Source of the DNA: Dehalococcoidia bacterium
GTDB taxonomy: Bacteria; Chloroflexota; Dehalococcoidia; Lucifugimonadales; UBA1123
Direction: 5' to 3'
Length of the DNA: 64,000 nt
Assembly (NCBI GenBank): GCA_965261525.1
Contig: OZ253472.1
Location: 2,852,601 to 2,916,600, forward strand
The notes below the pieces were generated by a model. That model was not told the origin of the DNA. It did not search any database and saw only the letters and a list, made by a program, of their open reading frames with translations. Shown here piece after piece: positions 1 through 8,671 of this stretch. Each line of letters opens with the position of its first letter. Positions within the stretch are counted from its first letter, which is position 1. Position numbers and translations under genes: made by a program.

Positions 1-395
1 ACCGGGCCGGGGCGCAGACCTGGTTCCATACGCCGCAACTCGGATTCATCAATTAACCGGGCAACGTAGCCCCAGGATTGCAGTTTGGCGACGTTCTCTC
101 TCAGCCATTCCGCATCCTCGTCGGTGGCAGTCCATGTGAGTTGGCCGCCCCACTTCAGTCCAACGTCAGCGTTCAGCAGTCTCGCGTAGCGGTCCCACGT
201 ATCAAGAGACCTGCGATTCAATTCGTTGTAATGCCGTGGCTCTTTTCCAAAGGCGTTGATCCAGGCGAATGAGTGGCTCGACGCTCCCATTCCCGGTTCT
301 CCGGCATCAAGAAGAGTGACTTTCGCGCCCCGCCTGGATAGGTGAAACGCTATTGCGGAGCCGACTATTCCCGCGCCGATGACCGTGATTCTCAT
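1..395 (-). CDS. FAD-dependent oxidoreductase (DAO/DadA-like), N-terminal part; gene continues past the left edge
   Basis: Own translation of the minus strand from ATG (complement 393-395): MRITVIGAGIVGSAIAFHLSRRGAKVTLLDAGEPGMGASSHSFAWINAF... This is a GxGxxG Rossmann N-terminus typical of DAO-family flavoproteins. It is absent from the ORF track because it is open at the edge. Confidence 0.6.
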   Translation of the reverse strand, partial: MRITVIGAGIVGSAIAFHLSRRGAKVTLLDAGEPGMGASSHSFAWINAFGKEPRHYNELNRRSLDTWDRYARLLNADVGLKWGGQLTWTATDEDAEWLRENVAKLQSWGYVARLIDESELRRMEPGLRPGP

Positions 396-516
396 ATCCC
401 TGTCCCGTGCCTCAGATTGCAGTTCTTTCTGCCGCAAACGAGTATATCACGCTCAAATACAGGAAGGGGCTTTCAGAAATTCGCTGTATGTACTGTAATA
501 CCGTACACTTGACGTT

Positions 517-807
517 ATGATCATTCACTCCATCCGCCACAGAGAATTGCGTCGGCTTATTGGGGACGACGACCCTCGCTTTTTGGAATCCCAGCTGGTA
601 GGCCGAGTAAGAAGAATTCTGACAGTCTGAATCTTGTCCGACGATATGAGTGGATTCATAGCCGACGCGCCCTCCGGTTGGCGGGTTCATCGGCTTTCGG
701 GCGACCGCCGGGGCCAGTGGAGCGTTTCAATATCTGGCAACTGGAGAATAACATTCGAAGAGCGGGATGGCTATATCGCCCGATTGAATCTGGAGGACTA
801 CCACTGA
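517..807 (+). pseudogene. higB: HigB/RelE-fold toxin (killer protein) interrupted by one in-frame TGA at 628-630
   Basis: Own translation in a single frame: MIIHSIRHRELRRLIGDDDPRFLESQLVGRVRRILTV-TGA-ILSDDMSGFIADAPSGWRVHRLSGDRRGQWSVSISGNWRITFEERDGYIARLNLEDYH-TGA. The GxWS..GNWRITF...DYH tail is the HigB signature. It lies 20 nt upstream of higA. Confidence 0.6.
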
Positions 808-826
808 TGGTTGAAGCGGCATTAAA

Positions 827-1126
827 GTGAAAATGACTCCCTCGCATCCGGGAGACTTCATACGCGCGGAGATAGTCGAAGAGTTGGGGCTGAACGTGAC
901 AAAGGCTGCTGACATTCTGGGTGTCCGGCGCGCCACACTTTCGAACCTATTGAACGGCAAGGCATCGCTGTCCCCGGAGATGGCGCTGCGAATTGAGAAG
1001 GCGTTCGGCGTGAACATGGATATGCTGCTGCGGATGCAGGCGCGGTACGACGCCTCCCACGATGCGCGTGCGGTCTGCCAAAATAAAGGTCAAGCGCTAC
1101 CAGCGTTGAGTGAGGGAAGCGCCTGA
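827..1126 (+). CDS. higA: HigA-family antitoxin (XRE-type HTH)
   Basis: ORF track. HPGDFIRAEIVEELGLNVTKAADILGVRRATLSNLLNGKASLSPEMALRIEKAFG is a typical HigA antidote HTH. Confidence 0.8.
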   Translation: MKMTPSHPGDFIRAEIVEELGLNVTKAADILGVRRATLSNLLNGKASLSPEMALRIEKAFGVNMDMLLRMQARYDASHDARAVCQNKGQALPALSEGSA

Positions 1127-1209
1127 AGAGAGTTCGCCGATTTTGGTTCAAAGCGCGCTGCGTTGGACGGGATATCAAATGTTCCCTGAACATTTGGGAA
1201 TGGGCAACT

Positions 1210-1286
1210 TGGCGACCCCGACCGGATTCGAACCGGCGATCTCTGCCTTGACAGGGCAGTATGTTAAGCCACTACACCACGGGGCC
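1210..1286 (-). tRNA. tRNA-Asp (anticodon GTC), CCA encoded
   Basis: Reverse complement GGCCCCGTGGTGTAGTGGCTTAACATACTGCCCTGTCAAGGCAGAGATCGCCGGTTCGAATCCGGTCGGGGTCGCCA folds as a 77-nt cloverleaf. It has a 7-bp acceptor stem, a GTGT/ACAT D stem, a CTGCC/GGCAG anticodon stem with loop CTGTCAA, and a GCCGG/CCGGT T stem with TTCGAAT. Confidence 0.9.
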
Positions 1287-1347
1287 ACGCGGTTATTGAT
1301 TTTACACGGCGCCAGCGCTTACGGTCAACGCCAAATTCGAGTAGGAT

Positions 1348-1916
1348 GCTGTATCAGTTTGGTCGGTGGGTTCAAATGCAGCCCCCGAGAACGCTATGGA
1401 TTCCCGCGAAAGCGGGAATGACGGTTCGAGAGCAGACCGACTAACTTGATACAGGTTCTTCGAGTAGTTCGTTGGAACCTGTATCAACTTAATCGGCGTT
1501 CCCTGCGGCGCGAAAATCCCCTCTCCCTCGACGCTGAGAAGGGTATGTAAATGTGCAGCCAGCTAAGAATTTCAATCAACAGACCCCTGTCAGCCCTCGA
1601 CGCTGAGAAGGGTATGTAAATGTGCAGCCAACTAAGAATTTCAATCAACAGACCCCCTCTCCCTCGAGGGAGAGGGCTGGGGTGAGGGTGATTACTACCA
1701 CCGACCAAACTGATACAGCATCTTCGAGTAGTTCGTTGGAACCTGTACCAACTTAGTCGGCGTTCCCTGCGGCGCGAAAATCCCCTCTCCCTCGACGCTG
1801 AGAAGGGTATGTAAATGTGCAGCCAACTAAGAATTTCAATCAACAGACCCCCTCTCCCTTGAGGGAGAGGGCTGGGGTGAGGGCGATTACTGCCACCGAC
1901 CAAACTGATACGGCAT
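1348..1916. repeat. Nest of MITE/REP-like elements (family 1) next to tRNA-Asp
   Basis: The 22-nt terminal inverted repeat GCTGTATCAGTTTGGTCGGTGG (1348-1369) recurs inverted at 1698-1719 and 1893-1914. A unit of about 195 bp (cttcgagtagttcgttggaacctgta...ccaccgaccaaactgatacagcat) is present twice in tandem; the first copy has an internal duplication of about 68 bp. A third copy lies at 62330-62506. Confidence 0.7.
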
Positions 1917-1989
1917 CAGTTCGTTGACACTCTAAGATGAGCTAAGTAAACTCGCATATGTCAACCCACTCACCGGAAAGGCACTGAAA

Positions 1990-3693
1990 ATGTCCGCAGC
2001 AGATAGAGTCGAATACACTGAAGTTACCGGGGCAGACCAGCTCTTTACACCCGAATTTTTGGAGTATATAACAGCGGCGTACGACAAGTTCGCGCCTTCC
2101 ATTGGTGACATACGACGGAAGCGCGCCGACATCGTCGAGCGTGCGGTGCGCGACAGGAAGCTGCCGACATTTCCACCCAGGTCGGAAGTGAATTCCGGGG
2201 ACTGGCAAGTGCCTCCCTTGCCAGCGGAGTTGACCAGGCCGGGCATAGAAATATCTGGGCCTGTATCCATTACGAACATGGCGATAAACGCTCTGAACCC
2301 AGGCGCAGAGGGGGAGCGGGCGACCGGCTACCTTGACGACGATGAGGACTCAGCAGGCCACAGCCTATCGGATACGGTTCAGGCCGCAATCAACCGAAGG
2401 GACGCCACGCTCGGCACGCTGAGATTCGAGAATCCCGCTCGCGGACGTATATATGAATTGCAGCCAGGCGAACTGCCCTTCTTCATGCACCGAGAACGCG
2501 CGACGCATTTGGATGAATCGGAATTTACGATAGACGGTCAACCGATTCCGGCGGCAATCCTCGGACTTGGGCTGACGCTGGCATACGGCGGCAAGGCGCA
2601 GGTTGAGAGAGGGCAGGGACTCTATTTCTACCTGCCCAAGGTGGAGGTGGTCGAGGAGGCTCGCTTCTACCGCGAATTCTTCGACTTCGGCAGAGAGCGT
2701 CTGGGATACCCGGACGACGCGGTTATCAGGGGCATCTTTCTCGTGGAATCGCTGCCCGCCGTGTATATCATGGACGAACTGCTGTGGGAACTCGGACCAT
2801 ACGCCGCGGGCCTGAACGCCGCGCGCTGGGATTTCAAGGCATCGGTGCTCGAATACATCATGTCCGACCCGGACCAGGTCTGGCCGGACAGGTTCGGTGT
2901 TGACATAAAGACGACCGACTTCATGACTAATGTATTCCGTCGTCTGGTAGCGGTGTGCCTCAGAAGGGGAGCCGCGCCCATAGGCGGCATGGCTACCGCT
3001 CTGCCCTCCAGGGACGAGGATGTCAACAAGGTTGCCGGCGATTCCATCCGTGCCGACAAGGAATGGGAAGCCCAGCAGGGCTTCATCAGGGGATGGGTGG
3101 CGCACATCTTCCACATGAAGACAGCCGCAGATCCGTTCAAAGAGGTCCGCAACTCAGGTTGGGAGCCCTCGCCCGATATGTACGACCCCGACAACTTCCC
3201 TGTGAACATCACCGTGCCGGATGGCCGGGTCACGACCGAAGGTTCACGCCGCAACGCGCGTATGCTGATCGAATACGTAGAGGGCTGGCTGACCGGACGG
3301 GGAGCGAAGGGCATAGACAGCCTGGAAGGGCAGCCAGGGATACACCCCGCGCTTATGGAAGACCTTGCCACTGGTCGCATCTCTGTCGCTCAGACGGCTC
3401 AACGCATCATTCACGGCGCGAAAGACGCGGACACCGGAGAGGCGCAGGACTTTTCGCTGATAAAGCGACTGCTGGACGAAGAGTTGGCGGACATCGAGAC
3501 TCGGCGCAGGGCGGAAGCCCCGTCAGACCCCGAATCTCAGAGAGCGGTGGATGAGCAGATCGAACGCTACGGCAAGGCTCGCAAGGTCGCTATGCAGTGG
3601 ATAAAGAACTACACCGAGTACGACTTCCGCTCGCTCGGCTCCTACACCCAAGCCGACCTCGAAGCCATAGCCGAAGCCCCGGACGCGTTCTAG
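1990..3693 (+). CDS. aceB: Malate synthase A family
   Basis: ORF track, 567 aa. Motifs RPGIEISGP, YLDDDEDSAGHS (compare ADFEDS), GLYFYLPKVE, FLVESLPAVYIMDELLWEL and GLNAARWDF match the malate synthase A layout. Confidence 0.8.
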   Translation: MSAADRVEYTEVTGADQLFTPEFLEYITAAYDKFAPSIGDIRRKRADIVERAVRDRKLPTFPPRSEVNSGDWQVPPLPAELTRPGIEISGPVSITNMAINALNPGAEGERATGYLDDDEDSAGHSLSDTVQAAINRRDATLGTLRFENPARGRIYELQPGELPFFMHRERATHLDESEFTIDGQPIPAAILGLGLTLAYGGKAQVERGQGLYFYLPKVEVVEEARFYREFFDFGRERLGYPDDAVIRGIFLVESLPAVYIMDELLWELGPYAAGLNAARWDFKASVLEYIMSDPDQVWPDRFGVDIKTTDFMTNVFRRLVAVCLRRGAAPIGGMATALPSRDEDVNKVAGDSIRADKEWEAQQGFIRGWVAHIFHMKTAADPFKEVRNSGWEPSPDMYDPDNFPVNITVPDGRVTTEGSRRNARMLIEYVEGWLTGRGAKGIDSLEGQPGIHPALMEDLATGRISVAQTAQRIIHGAKDADTGEAQDFSLIKRLLDEELADIETRRRAEAPSDPESQRAVDEQIERYGKARKVAMQWIKNYTEYDFRSLGSYTQADLEAIAEAPDAF

Positions 3694-3826
3694 GGCGCTA
3701 CTGTGAGTCTAGGGAATCTACCATAGTCTCTGTAAACGCCTTCCAGGTGAAGCGTTCGGCATACTCTCGCACCGCCCGCCGCTCGACAGTCCTGAATTGC
3801 CGTCGCCGATGGTGTCTCCTGGTGGT

Positions 3827-3954
3827 CTTAGAGACTATCTCAAAACTCTTCGCTCAAGCGGATGGCAGGAGGACACAATCTCCCTCTCCCTTGAGGGAGA
3901 GGGCTGGGGTGAGGGTGAAATTCCTTAAGGTCGGGTTTTGAGATAGTTACTTAG
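3827..3954. repeat. MITE family 2 copy (diverged)
   Basis: Inverted termini cttagagactatctcaaaac / gttttgagatagttacttag flank the palindromic core ccctctcccttgagggagaggg (3882-3903) followed by ctggggtgagggtg. Confidence 0.65.
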
Positions 3955-4054
3955 TGGAAGCATGACCTAACCACATATATACCAAAACGACGAGATTCGC
4001 GGATTAAGCGCAAGTTAAGGTTCGGTTGAACATAGAGTCACGCAGAAAAGAGGT

Positions 4055-4891
4055 TCAGCGTGGTTTAATTTCATCTATGTCTTCACCGCTAACGTTGAGC
4101 CGCTGTTCAAGTCGTCGCAGAGCTTCATGAGTCAAACGCAACTCGCGCAGAATCTCTTCCCGCGAGGCCGGCTCCTGGAGTTCGCTCAATCGCTCGGCCT
4201 TTGCCTCGTCCAGGTTGTTGATGATGATTGCTATGAAGAGATTCACCACGACGAACGTGGCGACAATGACATAGCTGACGAAGTAGAACCATGCGAAGTC
4301 ATGCAGTTCCATTGCGGTGGCCATTATCTCGGTCCAACCCTCGAGCGTGATGATGTTGAACAGAGTCAGAACCGAGGTGCCCAGGTTGCGCCAGTTGGTA
4401 GGGTCGTGTTCGTGGAAAAGCTGGTAGCCAATGATGGCGTATATATAGATGATAATGCTCATCAGCATTATCACGTGTCCCACGCTCGGTATGGAGCGTA
4501 CAAGCGCGGACACTATCAGACGCAGCTCCTTTATGGTGGATATCAGCCGCAGCGCGCGAAGCAAACGGGCAAGACGCGCAATCATGGCGAATTCCCCGGT
4601 GGCCGGAATCAGCGAAAAGACGATTATAAGAAAATCGAATACGTTCCAGCCGTCTTTGAAGTACCTGTGAGATTGCGGCGCGAGCGCAAACATCTTCATC
4701 AGCGCCTCGACAATGAAGATGCCCAGGGCTACGTTGTTTCCGAGGTGCATCCACCTCCCGTATCTATCGTCCAACGCGGGCGATGTCTCCATGCCCAAGA
4801 GTATGGCGTTTCCTATTATGACCCCGATGATCGCGTACTCGAATACGGGCGCGTTGACAATTCTCGCCGTGCGATGGGTGAACTTTTCCAT
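4055..4891 (-). CDS. Voltage-gated ion channel, BacNaV/NaChBac-like (single 6-TM domain)
   Basis: ORF track, 278 aa. The S4 segment has Arg every third residue (ARLARLLRALRLISTIKELR). The pore sequence LFNIITLEGWTEIM resembles the TLESW filter. There is a C-terminal coiled-coil tail. Confidence 0.8.
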   Translation of the reverse strand: MEKFTHRTARIVNAPVFEYAIIGVIIGNAILLGMETSPALDDRYGRWMHLGNNVALGIFIVEALMKMFALAPQSHRYFKDGWNVFDFLIIVFSLIPATGEFAMIARLARLLRALRLISTIKELRLIVSALVRSIPSVGHVIMLMSIIIYIYAIIGYQLFHEHDPTNWRNLGTSVLTLFNIITLEGWTEIMATAMELHDFAWFYFVSYVIVATFVVVNLFIAIIINNLDEAKAERLSELQEPASREEILRELRLTHEALRRLEQRLNVSGEDIDEIKPR

Positions 4892-4895
4892 ACTT

Positions 4896-5185
4896 CTAAC
4901 TCGATATAGGAGGCCCTAGCTTGGGAGCGACCTCCGAGGACAGTCTATCGAGATGTTCTTCGTAGTCGAATACGGGGTCGAGCATGAGCATTCCGGCTCC
5001 CGCCCCGCCCACTTCCATTAGTCCCTCGACACATTGTTCGACACTGCCCCAGAGGCTATGGTATCCCAACTCATCGGCGCGGGAGGCGTATGAACGAATC
5101 ATGCCTAAATCAATGTTGCCGTTGGGAAAAGTCGAGGAACCGCAATTGCGAGCGGGATTGGAAAGAGTGAGTCTTGAGAGTTCAT
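4896..5185 (-). pseudogene. Remnant of an LLM-class oxidoreductase paralog (internal deletion plus 1-nt frameshift)
   Basis: Own translation. The fragment starts MNSQDSLFPIPLAIAV like the neighbour's MNSQDSPFPVPLAIAV. It loses frame by 1 nt before TFPNGNIDLGMIRSYASRADELGYHSLW. It then jumps straight to the C-terminal GSVEQCVEGLMEVGGAGAGMLMLDPVFDYEEHLDRLSSEVAPKLGPPISS. The length of 290 nt is not a multiple of 3. Confidence 0.6.
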
Positions 5186-5203
5186 ATGAGATTTTCCATA
5201 TCG

Positions 5204-6160
5204 CTAACCCGATACTGGCGGCCCCAGCCTCGGAGCGACCTCAGAGGCCAGTCTCTCGAGATGTTCTTCGTAGTCGAACACAGGATTGAGCATTAACATC
5301 CCGGCTCCCGCTTCGACAATTTCCATGAGGCCCTCGACGCAATCCTCCAGGCTGCCCCAAACCGACACTTCCGAACCCATTTCCGCTCTGCCATACCACG
5401 CGCCGAACCATTCTCTGAGCCTGCGCTCAGCCCGCTCTGAGTCGTCGTCAATTGCGATGTAAACTCGCTTCGCTATTGGGAATGACTCGACATCTCTGCC
5501 TCTGCGTTCCAGTTCAGCCCGGATTATCTGCACATGATCTCGGAACTGTCCCGTGCTCGTCGAACCCGCTCCCATGAACCCATCCGCAAGCCGCGCCACC
5601 CGGCGCAGTCCAACCGGGTGCCGTCCTCCGAACCACAGGGGTGGGTGTGGCTTCTGCGCCGGCTTTGGGGACATCGGAACGCCCTCCAGTTGCCATAATT
5701 CGCCGTCGAATACTGCCCGCTCCTGCGTCCACAGCGCTCTCATAACTCCGACACTCTCGACGAAGTGCCTGACGCGGCGTTCCGACGGCCCGCCAAACAG
5801 CGGATACGTCCAGGGCCTTCCGCCCAACGCCGTTCCGACTATCAGCCGTCCTTCGCTGAGAACATCCAGTGTGCTGAGCTGTTTGGCGAGCATCGCGGGG
5901 TTGCGCGTCGTCGCTATGATAACCGCCGCGCCCAACCGAATGCGCTCGGTAACCGAGGATAGGTAGCTCAGAAAGGTGACCGGCTCCGGCGTCGGTGTCG
6001 AGCCAACAAGCTGTTCCGCGACCCATAGGCTGTGATATCCCAGATCCTCGGCGCGGCGAGCGTAGGACCGGATCATTCCCAGGTCAATATCGCCGTCTGG
6101 GAACGTCTGGGGTACCGCAATTGCCAACGGAACAGGGAAGGGTGAATCTTGAGAGTTCAT
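5204..6160 (-). CDS. LLM-class (luciferase-like) flavin/F420-dependent oxidoreductase
   Basis: ORF track (5204..6214). The start is more likely the internal MNSQDS at 6158-6160, as shared with the remnant. Motifs: LGYHSLWVAEQL, RIRLGAAVIIATTRNPAMLAKQLSTLDVLSEGRLIVG. Confidence 0.75.
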   Translation of the reverse strand: MNSQDSPFPVPLAIAVPQTFPDGDIDLGMIRSYARRAEDLGYHSLWVAEQLVGSTPTPEPVTFLSYLSSVTERIRLGAAVIIATTRNPAMLAKQLSTLDVLSEGRLIVGTALGGRPWTYPLFGGPSERRVRHFVESVGVMRALWTQERAVFDGELWQLEGVPMSPKPAQKPHPPLWFGGRHPVGLRRVARLADGFMGAGSTSTGQFRDHVQIIRAELERRGRDVESFPIAKRVYIAIDDDSERAERRLREWFGAWYGRAEMGSEVSVWGSLEDCVEGLMEIVEAGAGMLMLNPVFDYEEHLERLASEVAPRLGPPVSG

Positions 6161-6217
6161 CCTGAAATGACCTGCCTTGTGGTGAACGGGTAGTGTTCGT
6201 CCTGGTCCGTCCACTTA

Positions 6218-7132
6218 TCAATCGAATGGTTTGGACCGCGAGGTCAGATTTATCATTGCCGCAAGATAACCGGCCCCGAATCCATTGTCTATATTCACGA
6301 CGCCCACGCCCGGGGCGCAACTGTTCAGCATACCGAGAAGCGCTGCCAGGCCCCCGAAACTGGCGCCGTAGCCTACACTGGTCGGCACTGCGATAATTGG
6401 GATGTCCACCAATCCGCCCACGACCGAAGGCAATGCGCCTTCCATACCGGCCACCACCACAAGCGCCCGGCACTGCCTCAGCTTGGGCAGGTGGTCCAGA
6501 AGTCTATGAAGTCCAGCGACGCCAACATCGGAAATTCTCTCGACATCACAACCGATCAACTCGGCGGTTATCGCCGCTTCCGTCGCCACAGGAAGGTCTG
6601 AGGTCCCGGCGCAGAGCACCGCGACTCCGGGCAATCCCGCTGCCTCTTTTCTGCGGTCAACAACTATACAGTGAGCCGTCTCGTCATATGCCGCGTCATC
6701 AACACGCCTCCTTGTAGCCTCAAACGCCGCCTCAGACGCTCGCGTCACAAGAAGCCTGTCGGAACGGGTGAGTACCGTAACCGCGATTGACGCTATCTGT
6801 TCAGGAGTCTTGCCTTGCCCAAATACCACCTCTGGGAAGCCCTGTCGTATTGAGCGATGATGATCTACCTTGGCGAAATCCAGGTCCTCATAGGGAAGGT
6901 CTCGCAGGCGCGATACAACGTCGTCAACGCCTATATCGCCCTGCTTCAACTGTTCCAGGACCGCGCGAAGTCGAGCCTCTTCGATGTCAGGACCTCCTTG
7001 CTGAATGTGGGACGCCACGAGCCCCGTGCAAGTATATAGCTGAGATTCAGTACAGGTAAAGCGTTTGCGCCGCTTTGAGCCTGACGGCGCAGGTGATATA
7101 ATCCCTGCCGTAAATGAAGTGTAATCCTCCAA
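6218..7132 (-). CDS. larB: LarB-type (PurE-like) nickel-pincer cofactor biosynthesis carboxylase/hydrolase
   Basis: ORF track. Motifs GFPEVVFGQGKT, VLCAGTSDLPVATEAAITAE, VVVAGMEGALPSVVGGLVDIPIIAVPTSVGYGASFGGLAALLGMLNSCAPGVGVVNIDNGFGAGY. The true start may be the GTG at complement 7016-7018. Confidence 0.7.
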   Translation of the reverse strand: MEDYTSFTAGIISPAPSGSKRRKRFTCTESQLYTCTGLVASHIQQGGPDIEEARLRAVLEQLKQGDIGVDDVVSRLRDLPYEDLDFAKVDHHRSIRQGFPEVVFGQGKTPEQIASIAVTVLTRSDRLLVTRASEAAFEATRRRVDDAAYDETAHCIVVDRRKEAAGLPGVAVLCAGTSDLPVATEAAITAELIGCDVERISDVGVAGLHRLLDHLPKLRQCRALVVVAGMEGALPSVVGGLVDIPIIAVPTSVGYGASFGGLAALLGMLNSCAPGVGVVNIDNGFGAGYLAAMINLTSRSKPFD

Positions 7133-7154
7133 TTCTTACCCACGGCGGGCGGGC

Positions 7155-8441
7155 TTGTCCATAGAAGATACCGGCAGAAGGCCGGAGCGCGACAGGCAGC
7201 GGAGCCCGAGACCATCCCCGCGCGAACAGCCCCCGCTGCGACCCTGGTCGGCGTTCGCGTTTCGAGACTATCGAATCCTCTGGCTGTCGTCGGTGGCCGG
7301 GCTGGTCACTATGCAGATGCGGATGCTTATTACCGCCGTCTGGCTCTACGATGTTACCGGTTCAGGACTTCAACTTGGTCTCCTCGGAGTCGTGCAGTTG
7401 GTCGTGCAACTCCCCGCGATTCTGTTTGGCGGCGCGCTGGCCGACCAGTGGGACCGCAAGAAACTGATAGCCGTCACGCAGTCTTTCAGCTTCATCTTCA
7501 TTGGACTAATGACGCTGCTGGTCATGTTCGACAGGCTGGAGCCGTGGCACGTGTACGCGGTTACGGCAATTTTAGGTGTTACCAGCGTCTTGGGCGGACC
7601 GGCGCGTTCCGCCATCACCGCGAACATAGTTCCCAGGTCACACTTGATGCACGCTGTAACATCGAACACCGCCACATTCCAGGTTGGAGCGATTGCCGCG
7701 CCTCTGATGTTCGCGATCATCATAGAAACGCTTGGAACAACCGCTGTGTTTGCGGTATCCGCCATCTTCGCCTTGCCTGCCTCTCTACTGCCCATCTTCA
7801 TAAGGGTCAGGATGGAACACTCCGACAGACAGGGTTCGATGTTCCAACGGATATGGGAGGGAGTCGTTTACGTCAAGTCGCATCCGATTCTACCCGGACT
7901 GTACATAATGGATATCGGTGTCACAATAGTGAGCTTCTACCGCCAGATATTGCCGCTGATTGCGGACAGGATGTTCAAATCGGGGGCGGGGACTGTCGGA
8001 GTAATGACAGCCGCGAATTCGCTTGGTGGAGTAGCAGGCACGTTCGCGGTGCTGTTCATGGCGAAGTACAGGGCGAAGGGCATGATAGTCCTATACGCCA
8101 CGCTGGTTTACGGCATACTGCTGATAGCGTTCGGATTTAGTTCCTACCTCTGGCTCGGATCAATCATATTGATCGGACTGGGCGCTACGGACGCAATTGG
8201 GATGACTACGCGGCAGACAACCGTGCAGCTAACAACTCCCGACCATATGCGCGGCCGCGCGGTCAGCGCTCACTCCGTAAGCGCCATGAGCGCCAACAAT
8301 CTCGGAACGTTCGAGGTAGGTTTCATGTCCGAGCAGATAGGCGCTGAAAGAACGATGATACTCGGAGGCTTCATCTCGCTGGTTGTAGTAGTAGCGGTTT
8401 GGCGCCTTGTGAGGGGGATACGGGAGTATCGTTACCCGTAG
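7155..8441 (+). CDS. MFS transporter
   Basis: ORF track, 428 aa with a TTG start. About 12 hydrophobic segments are visible. The N-terminal segment WLSSVAGLVTMQM...GGALADQWDRKKL is typical of the MFS_1/EntS-like group. Confidence 0.75.
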   Translation: MSIEDTGRRPERDRQRSPRPSPREQPPLRPWSAFAFRDYRILWLSSVAGLVTMQMRMLITAVWLYDVTGSGLQLGLLGVVQLVVQLPAILFGGALADQWDRKKLIAVTQSFSFIFIGLMTLLVMFDRLEPWHVYAVTAILGVTSVLGGPARSAITANIVPRSHLMHAVTSNTATFQVGAIAAPLMFAIIIETLGTTAVFAVSAIFALPASLLPIFIRVRMEHSDRQGSMFQRIWEGVVYVKSHPILPGLYIMDIGVTIVSFYRQILPLIADRMFKSGAGTVGVMTAANSLGGVAGTFAVLFMAKYRAKGMIVLYATLVYGILLIAFGFSSYLWLGSIILIGLGATDAIGMTTRQTTVQLTTPDHMRGRAVSAHSVSAMSANNLGTFEVGFMSEQIGAERTMILGGFISLVVVVAVWRLVRGIREYRYP

Positions 8442-8642
8442 GCGTGTGGTACCCTCACCCAACCGACTTCTTCCAGATAGGAACTCTCTTTACGACCATG
8501 TCGTTGGCATTCAGATCGAGATGTCGGTGCCGCTCCTTTACGGGATCAGGATATACACAGATTTGCCACGGTGAACCACCGCTCGTCTTTCAGAGTAGGG
8601 GATATACCCTGAAAATTGGTAAATGTGAGGAACGTATTCATA

Positions 8643-8671
8643 TTGACCTACACTTGTGTAGGTTTTACTAT
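8643..8671 (+). promoter_or_regulatory. Candidate sigma70-like promoter with an embedded 16-nt palindrome upstream of the GHKL operon
   Basis: TTGACC (8643-8648), 17 nt, then TACTAT (8666-8671). The perfect inverted repeat cctacac-tt-gtgtagg (8647-8662) lies in the spacer. An AGGAA ribosome-binding site precedes the ATG at 8712. Confidence 0.3.

Noticed and set aside
412-690. 92-aa minus-strand ORF
   Set aside because: It is antisense to the recognisable HigB reading frame and has no motif of its own.
1484-1903. 139-aa ORF with internally repeated peptide (LLIEILSWLHIYIPFSASRERGFSRRRERRLS)
   Set aside because: It is the translation of the tandem MITE units. The repeats are at the DNA level, lie in an intergenic array, and recur at 62330-62506 outside any gene.
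1450-1920. Possible CRISPR array (regularly recurring sequence blocks)
   Set aside because: The intervening 'spacers' are themselves repeated. The units are about 195 bp with terminal inverted repeats, no cas genes are present in the window, and the same unit occurs as a single copy elsewhere.
2365-3380. Long antisense ORFs (249 aa and 237 aa) inside the malate synthase gene
   Set aside because: These are typical GC-rich shadow frames. The plus-strand frame carries the malate synthase motifs over its full length.
3597-3941. 114-aa ORF downstream of malate synthase
   Set aside because: It overlaps the malate synthase 3' end out of frame and then runs through the MITE, giving the tell-tale SPSPLRERAGVRV peptide.
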